Positions 36,763-50,301 of a DNA stretch of 64,000 nucleotides are shown here, in pieces. Under the pieces are notes generated by a model. It was not told where the DNA came from. It searched no databases and saw nothing but the letters and a program-made list of their open reading frames with translations. Within the stretch, counting starts at the first letter, position 1. Each line of letters starts with the position of its first letter. Source of the DNA: Planktothrix sp. GU0601_MAG3 (GTDB lineage: Bacteria; Cyanobacteriota; Cyanobacteriia; Cyanobacteriales; Microcoleaceae). The position numbers and the translations under genes were made by a program. Where the stretch lies: contig CP136572.1 of the NCBI GenBank assembly GCA_035193785.1, positions 1,876,578 to 1,940,577 of the forward strand. The letters run 5' to 3'.

Positions 36763-37605
36763 TTAGTTTTTGAGGCGTTTTCCTTCTCCTTGAATCCGTA
36801 AATATTCCCCAAATAATGCTAGGAATCCAGAGGCTAAAATTAGGATGACACTCAGGGCATTAATATCGGGTTTGACTCCGGTTCTAATTCGACTAAATAT
36901 TTCCATTGGTAAGGTATTTGCCCCACTTCCGGCGGTGAAACTGGCGATTAAAAAATCATCCATACTTAACACAAAAGCCAGTAAACAACCTGATATAATC
37001 CCGGGCATTAATTGGGGTAATAATACTTGAATAAAAGCCTCTATGGGAGTTGCTCCTAAGTCTAAGGCGGCTTCTTCTAAATGGGGGTCTAAATCGGCTA
37101 AACGGGTGGAAACCACTAAGGCAACGTAGGCTAAACAAAAGACAACATGGGCCGATACAATTGTCCATAAACTCAGGGGAATGGCAACGGCGGCTAAAAA
37201 TACTAGGGTTGCCACCGCCATCGCAATATCAGGAATAATTAATGGTAAATAGGAGGCTCCTTGATATAATCCCTTTCCTGGGAAATTATAACGGGCTAAT
37301 CCTACGGCCATTAATGTACCAATAATGGCGGCAATTCCTACCGCACAAATTCCCACGATTAAACTATTGTTTAAAGCGGTTAAAATTCTGCTATCTTGGA
37401 ATAATTTGACATACCATTCTAAGGTAAATCCTTCCCATCCCGCACTATATCGAGATTTGTTAAAACTAAAAAATGTTAATACAAAAATCGGCAGGTACAT
37501 ATAAAAAAACATCAAACCGACAAAAACTACCTGCCAAGAAATTCTAAACTTTGGTTTAGCAGCCATATCAAGGATCTCCTCCGGTTGTTGTGGGATTTCT
37601 TCCAT
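36763..37605 (-). CDS. potC: Spermidine/putrescine ABC transporter permease
   Basis: YMYLPI, LEEAALDLGA, LSMDDF, TLPMEIFS, PDINALS. Confidence 0.9.
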   Translation of the reverse strand: MEEIPQQPEEILDMAAKPKFRISWQVVFVGLMFFYMYLPIFVLTFFSFNKSRYSAGWEGFTLEWYVKLFQDSRILTALNNSLIVGICAVGIAAIIGTLMAVGLARYNFPGKGLYQGASYLPLIIPDIAMAVATLVFLAAVAIPLSLWTIVSAHVVFCLAYVALVVSTRLADLDPHLEEAALDLGATPIEAFIQVLLPQLMPGIISGCLLAFVLSMDDFLIASFTAGSGANTLPMEIFSRIRTGVKPDINALSVILILASGFLALFGEYLRIQGEGKRLKN

Positions 37606-37628
37606 AAATTTTTCCTAATTTGTTTTAA

Positions 37629-38541
37629 TTAACGAGACGGTTTAGCATCTCCGTATTTAATTAAAAGTGCGATCGCAATACTCACCCCCAAAATTAATAC
37701 CATACTCAGGGCTGAAACCAAAGCCCCAATTTTGAGTTGATCCTAAAAATTGGTTATAAATTAATCGGGAAACCGTCATACTAGAGGCACCTCCTAATAG
37801 TTCGGGATCGACAAAATCTCCCATGGAACTAATAAAAACTAGCAGAGATCCGGCGGCAATTCCGGGCAAAGTTTGGGGGACGGTGACTTTCCAAAAGGTT
37901 TCTACTGGTCGCGCTCCTAGGTCGGCGGAGGCTTCTAATAATCGGCGATCTAATTTTTCTAAAGAGGCGTATAAAACCGTGACCATATAGGGTAAATAAC
38001 TATAGGCCATGCCAATTAAAACCGCCGGAGTTCGATTTAATAGTTCTAAGGCGGGTAATCCAATTAATCCTAAGATAGAGTTTAATACTCCCGTTGGTCT
38101 TAATATGGTAATCCAAGCATAGGTTCTTAATAAAGAAGATGTCCACAGGGGTAAAATAAAGGCTAATAATATTATATTTCGCCACTTTTTAGGGGCTAAT
38201 TGAGCAATCCAATAGGCAACGGGAAATCCTAATAGTAGACAAATTGTGGTGGTGCCAAAGGCATAAAATAGCGATCGCCCAATCACTAATAAATTAATCG
38301 CTTCAAATACCCTTAAATAATTATCAATCCCATTGGGAATTACCAAATCTCCAGGGCGAATATCCTTAACTAAACTTAGTTGAAAAATCAATAAAGTTGG
38401 TAGGATTAATAATAGTAATAACCATACACCCGATGGCCCCAAAAGTGCTAGGGGGCCAAGGAGTTGAGAACCGAGTTGTCGCCAGCCTTTTTTGATTGGG
38501 GGTGGAGAAGATGTCGTGGGAGTTTTGGGTGAAATAGTCAT
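37629..38541 (-). CDS. potB: Spermidine/putrescine ABC transporter permease (apparent frameshift at 37714-37718)
   Basis: PLWTSSLLRTYAW, YSYLPYMV, LLEASADLGA, NWGFGSAL (corrected). Confidence 0.9.
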
Positions 38542-38549
38542 ACGGAAGG

Positions 38550-38581
38550 GAATTACGAATTACGAATTACGAATTACGAAT
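38550..38581. repeat. Heptamer tandem repeat (AATTACG)n
   Basis: Four units; the reverse complement (TTCGTAA)n occurs at 43513-43543. Confidence 0.85.
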
Positions 38582-38680
38582 GGGGAAAAAAATCATTTTT
38601 CTCTGAGAGTTTGACCCGGGTTGAATATTCTAATTACCTTAACAATTGCTATAGATTGGTTAAGGGTTAGCAGTTAACAA

Positions 38681-39809
38681 TTAACTGGTTAACTGTGTCC
38701 AATACCGTTCATAAATTTCATTATATTTACCAAGGTCATGAATCATTTCACTCCGAGCCAGGATTGATTCTGGAGGAAATAAAGTCGGATCATTTCTCAA
38801 AACATCCGGCAATTTTTCGTATGCTAATCTCGAAGGAGTGGCAAATTTTAGCCGTTTAACTAAGGTTGCTGCCACATCAGGTCGCAACATGAAATCAATC
38901 CATTTATAAGCACCTTCGGGGTTGGGAGCACTTTTAGGAATCACCATTGTATCAATCCATAAAGATGATCCACTATAGGGAGTAATATATCTTAAATCTT
39001 CATTTTCTTCCCTAATTTCTGCCGCATCGGAGGAATAACACATCGCCATTGATAAGTCCCCTACAATCATTTGAGGTCGCCAAGAATCCGTGGTAAAAGA
39101 AGCGATTGTTGGCCGTAATTTAACTAATTGTTCATAGGCTTGTCGAATTTGATTGGGGTCGGTAGAATTATAGGAATAGCCTAACATTCTTAATGAGGCT
39201 CCCATGACTTCCCGCACATCATTAAGTAATGTGATTCGCTTTGATAATTTATCTTTATGTTCCCAGATATAACTCCAATCTTGCGGGGGAGTTTCTAATT
39301 TAGAGGGATTAAAAATTAACCCCGTTGTTTCCCCAACTAATCGGAACACTATGAAGACCGCCGGGGTCATAAATCGGGTTTTGAAATTGTGGAAATAAAT
39401 CCTCTAATCCCAGTAATAAAGAGTGATCGAGTGCGGCCAATAGACCTATTTCGATCATTTTCTCTACCATATATCCCGAAGGATAGATGACACTATAGGC
39501 TCCGGCTCCTCCGGCTTGGAGTCGGGCTAACATGGCTTCATTGGAATCGAAGACATCAGCCACAACTTTTAACCCAGTTTCCTCTCTAAAATGATCTAAC
39601 AAATCTTGATCCGTGTAGCCAGACCAAGTGTAAATGTACAAGGTATCAGAGGAAATCTGAGTATTTGGGGTGGTTTTGACCTCAGCTAATGTCCAACCAC
39701 AGCTTGACAGGGATGATGCTACCATCGCAGCAACGGAAGTTTGCAAAAACTGACGTCGTGTTCGAGCCACCCTAAAATTCCGATGTTTTTGTGGATAAGT
39801 CGGAGACAC
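38681..39809 (-). CDS. potD: Polyamine ABC substrate-binding protein with Tat/lipoprotein signal (apparent frameshift at 39327-39331)
   Basis: TRRQFL, LSSC, IYTWSGY, FDSNEAM, ISWGTTGL (corrected), WIDTMVIPK. Confidence 0.9.
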
Positions 39810-40021
39810 TGTTTTTTCTCAGTGGAAGTTTAACAAATCAAACAATTGATTTAATTTTCCCATAGGATCGGGAAAAAATTCACAGAAATTGAGAATTAGA
39901 TCCCGCAACCGGGCTAACTCATAAAACCAATTAACCGAGTTTCTGAATTTTAGCTAGGAGATAAAACCTAGACTTGAACTTCAGAAACCCGTTTTCTCAA
40001 TATAAAAATTGAGTTTTTCAG

Positions 40022-41588
40022 CTATGGGGTCACGCTTGATAGTTGACGCAGACTTTCTACTTGTTGTTCTTTAAGCTGCTGTTCAATTTGATCCTTAACA
40101 ATTTGGCGATATTCATAGAAATGTTCCACCTGTCCACAAACCACCAAATAATGGTCTAAAACCCGAGGTTTGTGTCGTAAAATATTCCATAAATATCGCC
40201 AGAACGTCCAACGAGTTTCCCGCATAACTCCTTGATACCAACATAAAATAAACAGCGCTCGCATAGTTTTCCAATCCACTAATTTCCGTCCAATGGAATT
40301 AGTTTTTGGTTCTCCGATCATCATAAAATGACGATAGGTTCGATCTAAATACCGTTGTGGATCGTACAATTCATAAAATCCATTCACATATTCCAGGGCG
40401 ATTTCTTCAATCGGTCGAGTGGGTAGAAAATTCATTAAGGTGGTTTGATTAGCATTCCCGGTTTCCTCAATTAATCGCCCTTCTTTGTTTAAACGATGCC
40501 AAAGGGCGGTATTAGGTAAAACTTGCAACATACTAAACATAGCAATCGGAATTGTGGTTTGTTCTACAAACCGCACAATCCGATCACCCGCGCCTTTTTC
40601 TTCCCCATCAAAACCAATAATAAATCCCGCCATTACCCGTAACCCCGAACGGATAATTTTTTCCACGGAATCACTCAAAGAAACCGCGAGTATTTTGGAA
40701 TTTTTTAGTTAAATTTAGACTATCTTCATCGGGGGTTTCAATCCCTAAAAATACAGCCCTAAAATTACATTCAACCATCAAATCCATTAATTCTTGATCC
40801 TGAGCTAAATCAATGGAAGCCTCCGTGGTTAAACGGAAAGGATAATTATTATCCTTCATCCAAACTTTTAATTCATGCAGCAACAGCTTAACATTGCGTT
40901 TATTGCCAATAAAATTATCATCAACTAAGAAAACACCCTGACTAAAATTCAACTCTTTTAACCGATCTAATTCCGCTAAAAGTTGAGCCGGGGTTTTGGT
41001 TCGGGATTTGCGTCCATATAATACAATAATATCGCAAAACTCACACTGAAATGGACAGCCCCGGGAGTATTGCAAAGAAATCATATCATAGGCTTCTTTC
41101 TCCAATAAATCAAAGCGTGGGATAGGAGAAGTGGTAACATCGGGTTTGTCCCCTTCTATGCGAAAAACCCCTTTTTCATCTCCCCTTTCTATGGCTTCTA
41201 CTAATAACGGTAAGGTGATTTCTCCTTCATCTAAAACTAAATAATCCGCCCCAGCAATTTCTGCTGCTTGGGGTGTGGAGGTGGGATAGGGGCCACCAAC
41301 AGACACTTTTTTGCCCCGTCGTTTCGCCTCGCGAATTTGCTCCAAAAAATCATCTTTTTGGACAATCATTGCTGAAACCATCACCAATTCTGCCCAATTC
41401 CATTCCGCTTCGGTGATGTCTCGAACATTACGGTCTACTAATTTAAACTCCCACTCTTGAGGTAAAATAGCCGCTACCGTAATTAACCCCAAGGGCGGCA
41501 GTAAAGCTTTACGGTTGACTAGGGCAAGGGCTTTTTCAAATGACCAGAAACTTTGGGGGAAAATGGGATAAATTAAAAGAACACGCAT
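40022..41588 (-). CDS. B12-binding radical SAM protein (HpnP/BchE-like, DUF4070 C-terminus; apparent frameshift at 40680-40684)
   Basis: PPLGLITVAA, VGGPYPT, SRGCPFQCEFC (CxxxCxxC), VDDNFIGN, FLGIET, GFIIGFD. Confidence 0.92.
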
Positions 41589-41653
41589 TATAATTAACCC
41601 TGTAAAAGATCAGACTCCTAAGTTTAAAAACTCTATGAAAATCAATGATTTTC

Positions 41654-43437
<1,784 letters not shown>

Positions 43438-43551
43438 GAATCACTCCTCCATCACCCTAAAACTTTAGCATCCCAAGTTAACAGAATCCTGTTTTAAGTT
43501 GCCCATTACCCATTCGTAATTCGTAATTCGTAATTCGTAATTCCCCATTCC

Positions 43552-45349
43552 CTACTCCCTCTGCCCCAACTCGCCCGCTATAAAACTAGCACGACAGGCA
43601 TGGCGTTGAATTTTACCACTGGAGGTTTTAGGCAAGGTTCCAGGCTTTAGCAACACCGTTTGATAAACTTGTAAATCATGGTTTTGAGACACGGCGCGAC
43701 GGATGGACTGAAGAACCCCCTGTTTTGGGGAGGTTTTTGCGGCACCATTATTCTGATCCCAGGTGCGAATTTGTTGCCAATATTGACGTTCTACTTCTAC
43801 CGCTATCACTAACCGCTCTTCTCCCGACCTATCAACAGAAAATCCAGCGACTCCACTGGGTCGAATTAGGGGGTGACTTTGTTCGACTGTCCATTCAATA
43901 TCTTGGGGATAGTGGTTACGACCATTAATAATAATAATATCTTTAATTCTTCCGGTAATAAATAGTTCCTGATGGTCTAAAAATCCTAAATCTCCAGTCC
44001 TTAAAAATGGCCCTTCTCCCGTTGTTAAATAGGCATTAAACAGCCTTTCAGTTTCCTGGGGTTTATTCCAATATCCCTGTCCTATACTCGGCCCAGAAAC
44101 CCAAATTTCTCCGACTTTTCCTTGTTCACAAATATTCAAGGTTTCAGGATTGACAATTAATAGTTTTTGATCTAATAAACATTGACCACAACCGACTAAT
44201 ATTTTTTGATTAGCAGTTAAATTAACAGCCACTTCATCAACTTCTAAAATCCGATGATTTTCTAAAGCAATATCATCAACGGTTTTAAAAATTGGCGGGG
44301 CTGTTTTTAAGCCTCCACTAATAATTAAAGTAGCTTCAGCCATACCATAACAGGGATAAAAAGCCTCTTGCCTAAACCCATATTGAGCAAAGGTTTGAGT
44401 AAATCGTTCTAAGACTTTATGATAAATCGGTTCGGCTCCATTAAAAGCCACTTCCCAACTACTTAAATCTAAATTTTCTAATTTTAGGGGTGAACTTGTC
44501 CCGGCTTTTCCTAATACTTTTTTTACACATAAATCATAGGCAAAATTCGGCCCGCCACTGGTAGTTGCCCGATATCTGGAAATAGTTTGTAACCAACGTA
44601 ACGGATTTTGCACAAACATTAAAGGAGACATTAAAATTACCGGAAATCCCCCAAATAAAGGTTCTAAAACCCCACCAATTAATCCCATATCGTGATAAGG
44701 AGGCAACCAAATCACCCCCGTACTTTCAGAAGAATGACCAAAATAATTATAAATTGCGGTTAAATTGTGTAATAAATTCTGATGGGAAATCATCACCCCT
44801 TTGGGGGTTGACGTAGAACCGGAAGTATATTGTAAAAAGGCAAGAGTTTGACCATCAATAGGGTGAGGTTGCCAATTTTTTTCAATTTCATAATCTAGGG
44901 TATCCGTTGCTAACCAGTTTAACGGCGCAATATCAGACATTTGTGGAAAAAATCGTTCCAAACTCGATAATGTGGCTTCAGTGGTTAAGGCAACAGTCGC
45001 ATTTGTATCAGCAATAATAGCCTGTAAACGGGGAAGTGATCGATCTGGTTTAGGAGGATAGGCGGGAAACTGCAATGACTCCGGCATATAAACAACCAAA
45101 AAACGCGCTAATATAGTCTAACCCTGGTTGATACAATAATAAAACTCGATTTTGAGGTTGACAAATGGATTGTAATTTAGAAGCAATTGTTCTGGCTTTT
45201 TGGTTTAATTGTTGATAGGTTAAAGTAACGGTTTCGGTTTCTCCATCAACTAAAAAAGTATAGGCTATTTTATTGGGTTGGTAGGTTGCCCGATATTGTA
45301 ATAGTTCTGTTAAGGTTGTCCATTGCCAGAAATTTAATTGCTCAGTCAT
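43552..45349 (-). CDS. Fatty acyl-AMP ligase (FAAL) B (apparent frameshift at 45066-45070)
   Basis: AFFGCLYAG, FLQYTSGST, WLPPYHDMGLIG, GGPNFAY, YPCYGMAE, LRTGDLGF, PKTSSGKIQR. Confidence 0.93.
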
Positions 45350-45580
45350 GTAAAAAATTGGGTAAGGTTTTGTTATCTATATTTAACCACAAAGACACAA
45401 AGACACAAACAAGTTGTAAACGGGCAAGGATTGATCATTCCTAGACTTAATTTTGTTAACCATTTTTACAGGTTTTTAGCTTTTTGTTGTGTTCAAAATT
45501 CCTGAGCAAAAGGGAACAGGGAACACCGGATCTGGGTAGAGGATTTGTAATTAATTTTGTTTGGGTACTTATATGGTTTT

Positions 45581-47465
45581 TTAAGAACGATTTGCCAATT
45601 CTGATAATTGACTGGTTTCCGTGTCTAATTTCCATTGTCCAACAATATCTAAACTCCCATCTAAAAATTTAGTTCGACAAGTACGACGTTGAATTTTACC
45701 ACTGGTGGTTTTAGGAATAGTTGTGGTTTTCAATAATACTATCCCAAATATATCAACGGTATTCTGTTCGGCGACAGCTTGACGAATAGCATTAACCACT
45801 TCTTCAACATTCAAATTGCGTAAATAACGTCGTTCGATTTCTGATACAATAACTAACTGTTCTCCCAGTTCCGTCTCAATAGAAAACGCGGCATTATGTC
45901 CATTACGAATAGCCGGGTGACAGGTATCTAATGTAGCTTCAATTTCCTGGGGATAACGATTTCTTCCCCATAGAATCATCATATCTTTGATCCTTCCAGT
46001 AATATACAATTCCCCATCATCTAAAAATCCTAAATCTCCTGTGCGTAAATAGGGCCCCCGTCCGTCCACATAAACCTTAAATGTTGTTTCCGTGTCTTCG
46101 GTTTTATCCCAATATCCCAAACCTACACCTTTCCCCAATACTAATATTTCACCCACTTGATCCCCGTCTCGCCGCGTTAATTTTTCAGGATCAACAATTA
46201 TTACCTCATCCCCTAACCAGGGAAAGCCACAACTGACGAAAGAGCGAGCAGGGGGGGTAGAGGGGGCAGGGGGAGCAGGGGGGGCAGGGGAGGCAGGGGG
46301 AGTAGAGGAGGCAGGGGGAGCAGGGGAGGTAGGGGGAGGTAGGGGGGTTAGGGGATGTGGATCTGTTGCTTGTTTGGGGATAACTTGATTTTGTTCTAGG
46401 GCGACGGGATCAACCCAGATGACTTTGGGGGTTAAGTGTTTATGTCCACCGGAAATAAATAGGGTAGTTTCCGCCATACCATAGCAGGGATAAAACGCCT
46501 CCGGTTTGAAACCCACAGGGGCCAAAAATTTCCGCAAACCGTTTTAATGTGTCCCAACGCACGGGTTCGGCGCCGGAAAAGGCCACATCCCAGGAACTTA
46601 AATCTAACTTTTCTAGCTTTTCAGGCGTCGCCGTCCGACAAACTAAATCATAGGCAAAATTTGGCCCGCCGCTGGTGGTGGCTTGATATTCAGAAACCGC
46701 TTCTAACCAACGAAAGGGTTTTTGGACTAAAGAAATTGGCGACATTAATGTTACAGGAAATTGTCCATATAAGGGTTGAATTACCCCTCCAATTAATCCC
46801 ATATCGTGAAATAGGGGAAGCCAAATTAACCCTTTACTATTGTTATGATGTCCGAAGGCATTATAAATAATTGCCGAATTATGCAGAACATTTTGATGGG
46901 TAACAATTACACCTTTTGGAGTTCCCGTTGAACCAGATGTATATTGTAAAAAAGCAATTGTATCCCCATTAATTTGCGGTTCTTGCCAGTCTATAGCGAG
47001 GTTTTGAGTCAAAAGGTCATCGGTCGCCACCCAAGGTAGAGACGTGCCACGGCGCGTCTCCTCCTCCTCCACAAAAAATTGGGTTTTCAGATGTTCAATT
47101 AACGCTTTTGTACTTAAAATTGCCCGACATTGAGAAGATTCTAAACGGGTTTGTAGCTTAACAATTGCTTGGATAGATACCGGAGGGTTATCGGTAACGG
47201 CGATCACACCCGCATATAAACAGCCAAAAAACGCCGCAATAAATTCTAATCCCGCACTATAGGGATAAACGACTAAAACCCGATCACCTGGGGATAAAAA
47301 TGATTGTAAATAAGATGCAATTTGGACAGCTTGTTGATGTAACTGTAGATAGGTCAGGGTTTGCTGACTCGTTTCTCCGTCGGCTAAAAACCGATAAGCG
47401 AGTTGATCCGGTTTATGTTCAGCGCGATCGCGCAATAAATCGACTAAATTAGAAAAATTGCTCAT
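45581..47465 (-). CDS. Fatty acyl-AMP ligase (FAAL) A (apparent frameshift at 46508-46512; contains two in-frame repeat insertions)
   Basis: Same FAAL motifs: FLQYTSGSTG, WLPLFHDMGLIG, YPCYGMAETTL, LRTGDLGF, PKTTSGKIQR. Confidence 0.93.
46247..46360 (+). repeat. G-rich (GCAGGGGGA)-type repeat inside FAAL A, read as a Pro/Ala-rich insert
   Basis: Encodes [38 protein letters not shown]. Confidence 0.85.
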
Positions 47466-47515
47466 ACCTTAAGATACAGTCCTAAAGGACTCACTACGAT
47501 AGAAGTACAGTTTAA

Positions 47516-48760
47516 ATGAAAATTGCAATTATTTCCTCTGGTTTTTTCCCCGTTATTGATGGTGTTACTGTTAGCGCCATGATGCGACTACAAAGGTTAA
47601 GTCAGTGGGGACATGAGGTTTTATTTTTTTGTCCTGACTATAGCACCATTGAAACTGTTTATCCCAATTGGCGAGAATATAGCGGAAATATTTTACCAGG
47701 TGTGCGAGTTTTAAATTTACCCAGTACGCCATTTTTAGGATTAGATTTTGAACGAAATCCTTCTATTTCATCCTATTCTATTTTGTTAAAAGAACTAGAA
47801 AAATTTCAGCCCGATTTAGTTCATGTCGATGAACCAGAAAGGCTATTTTTTGGATTTTTTAGGCGGGCGGGAATAGACTATGCTAAAAAAGCCAATATTC
47901 CCTGTATTGCCTTTTTTAGAACTTGGTTTTTATCCTACGCTGAAGATTATATTCCCTTACCAAAATTTGCGGTAGAAATAATTAGAGAAATATTTAGAAG
48001 AATTTTTGCCTGGATTTATAACGGTTATGATCTCACCTTATTTACCAGCAAAATCACCTATCAACTCGCTCCCCAAATGGGAATTAATAATGCAATTTAC
48101 GAGAATTTAGCCGGATTTGATGCCCAACGCTTTGATCCTAATTTAAAGGAAGAACATTTTTTTAAAAAATATTATAACTTTCCCGAATTAGATGGGTTAA
48201 CTAAATTAATCTTTGTGGGTCGTTTAACTCCCGATAAAGGCTGGAATTTCACCTTGAAAACCATCGCAAAAGTTGCAGAAAAAATTGATTTAGAAAAAGT
48301 CGGTTTTATTATTATTGGAGATGGACAAATGCAGGACGAAATTATCGAGGGTTTAACAAAATTTACCCGTCATATCTATTTCCTTGGTCGAGTTGCTTAT
48401 GATCAGGTTCCGGCGGTTTATGCTAATAGTGATATTCATATTACCACCTCAGAACGGGAATCCAGAGGATTAACCGTATTAGAAGCTTTTGCTTCCGGTA
48501 TTCCCGTATTAGCTCCCCGGGCGGGGGGACTGGTAGAAAATATTCAAGATGGAGAAAATGGATTTTTATATACCCCGCAAGATTCCGAGGATTTCACTTA
48601 CAAACTCCAGCAATTAATTGATGATCCAATATTAAGAAAAACCCTAGGAAATCAAGGCATGAAATCCGTAGGTAATTATAGTTGGGATGTAGTAATTAAA
48701 AATTTAGTTGATATTTGGGAACAAAAACTTAAAGCAGCTAATCAAATCTCCTTTCATTAA
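47516..48760 (+). CDS. Glycosyltransferase family 4 (SqdX/PimA-like, probably acting on a lipid)
   Basis: FFPVIDGV, FVGRLTPDKG, ERESRGLTVLEAFASGIPV (ExxGxxxxE); divergent from FAAL A across 50 bp. Confidence 0.88.
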   Translation: MKIAIISSGFFPVIDGVTVSAMMRLQRLSQWGHEVLFFCPDYSTIETVYPNWREYSGNILPGVRVLNLPSTPFLGLDFERNPSISSYSILLKELEKFQPDLVHVDEPERLFFGFFRRAGIDYAKKANIPCIAFFRTWFLSYAEDYIPLPKFAVEIIREIFRRIFAWIYNGYDLTLFTSKITYQLAPQMGINNAIYENLAGFDAQRFDPNLKEEHFFKKYYNFPELDGLTKLIFVGRLTPDKGWNFTLKTIAKVAEKIDLEKVGFIIIGDGQMQDEIIEGLTKFTRHIYFLGRVAYDQVPAVYANSDIHITTSERESRGLTVLEAFASGIPVLAPRAGGLVENIQDGENGFLYTPQDSEDFTYKLQQLIDDPILRKTLGNQGMKSVGNYSWDVVIKNLVDIWEQKLKAANQISFH

Positions 48761-48879
48761 CCTAATTTCAAATATCTTCGTGCCTTCGTACCTTTGTGTT
48801 TCCTTCAAATCAGTTGCTTAATCTTGAAACAGATTGACAAATGCTCTTTACAATACTTAATATAAGCAGGCTATAACTG

Positions 48880-50203
48880 ATGAAACTGTGGGACAAAGAG
48901 CGTATGCCGACTTTTTTGCTGGTTTGGTTGGGACAAATTGTTTCGATGTTTGGTTTCCAGCTTAACCGAATTTGCCTTGGGGGTTTGGGTCTATCAAACC
49001 ACAGGTTCCATTACCCAGTTTGCCCTAATTTCTGTTTTTATTCATCTGCCAAATCTGTTGATTTCCCCCCTGGCAGGTGCGATTGTAGACCGTTCCAGTC
49101 GTCGCGGCGCGATGATTCTCAACGATATTATTGCGGCGGTGGGAACGTTAATTTTAATGGGGTTGGTGTTTTCCAACCGTTTAGAAGTTTGGCATATTTA
49201 CGTCGCTGTATCCGTTAGTTCCATTTCCGGTGCCTTCCAATGGCCCGCTTATATGGCCTCCATTCCCCAATTAGTTCCCCGCAATGACTTAAATCGTGCG
49301 AATGGTATGGTACAAGTTTCTCGGGCGATCGCTAAAATTTCTGGGCCAACGGTTGCCGGAATTTTAGTTAGTAGTATCGGCATTGGTTCGATTTTAATTA
49401 TTGATTCAGGAACCTTTGTTTTAGGGTTGATTACTTTATTAATTGTGCGTTTTCCCAAAATAGAACCTTCAAAATCTCAACAACAACCCCTAAACTTTAA
49501 ACGACTTTGGCAAGAAACCCTTTCCGCCTGGAATTATATTCTCATCCGTCCCGGTTTAAAAAAATTATTAGGCTTTTTTGCCATCACCTACTTTACCGAA
49601 GGAATGCTTGCTATTTTATTCTGGCCCGTGGTTTTGACCTTTGCCAGTAGTCAACAGTTAGGCTTAATTCTTTCAATTAGTGGTTGTGGAATGCTCCTGG
49701 GAAGCGTAGCGGTCAGTGTTTCAGGGGGCCCTAAAAACCGCATGAAAACAATTTTATGGTTAGTGGGTTTACAGGGTTTATGTCTGTGTTTGAGCGGGTT
49801 TAGACCTTCTATTTTTCTAGCTGGAATTGGAGGATTTGGTTATTTATTTGCCCGACCTTTTATTGTTAGTAGTAATCATACCATCTGGCAATCTAAAATC
49901 CCCTTTGAATTACAAGGACGCATCTTTTCCTTACAAAGTGTGGTCGAGCGATCGCTTTTAATTCTATCCCATTTAACCGTTGGCCCCCTAGCCGATCGAG
50001 TTTTAGAACCCATGATGAAACCCGGTGGACTATTAGCAGATAGTATTGGTCAAATTATTGGAGTCGGCGCGGGACGAGGAAGTGGGTTATTATTTATGTT
50101 AATAGGTATCCTCAATATTGTTGCCGCTTTAATTGCCTATCGGATGCCTCGTTTACGTCGAGTCGAAAAAGAAATTCCCGATGCGATCGCAGTCATCAGT
50201 TAA
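48880..50203 (+). CDS. MFS transporter (MefA/EntS-like exporter; apparent frameshift at 48953-48957)
   Basis: WLGQIVSMFGSSLTEFALGVWVY (corrected), AGAIVDR, FQWPAY, QGRIFS. Confidence 0.9.
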
Positions 50204-50207
50204 CACT

Positions 50208-50233
50208 GTAGAGACGTGCCATGGCGCGTCTCT
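50208..50233. repeat. REP-like GTAG palindrome, followed by (AAATCTTTT)x3
   Basis: GTAGAGACGTGCCATGGCGCGTCTCT. Confidence 0.8.
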
Positions 50234-50301
50234 CTTGTAAATCTTTTAAATCTTTTAAATCTTTTAACAGGTCACTAAATACTATTAACAATTAACTAAT
50301 T

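Noticed and set aside
40022..41588. Calling the radical SAM gene hpnP
   Set aside because: The family includes many non-HpnP paralogues and no hopanoid genes are adjacent; a phylogeny is needed.
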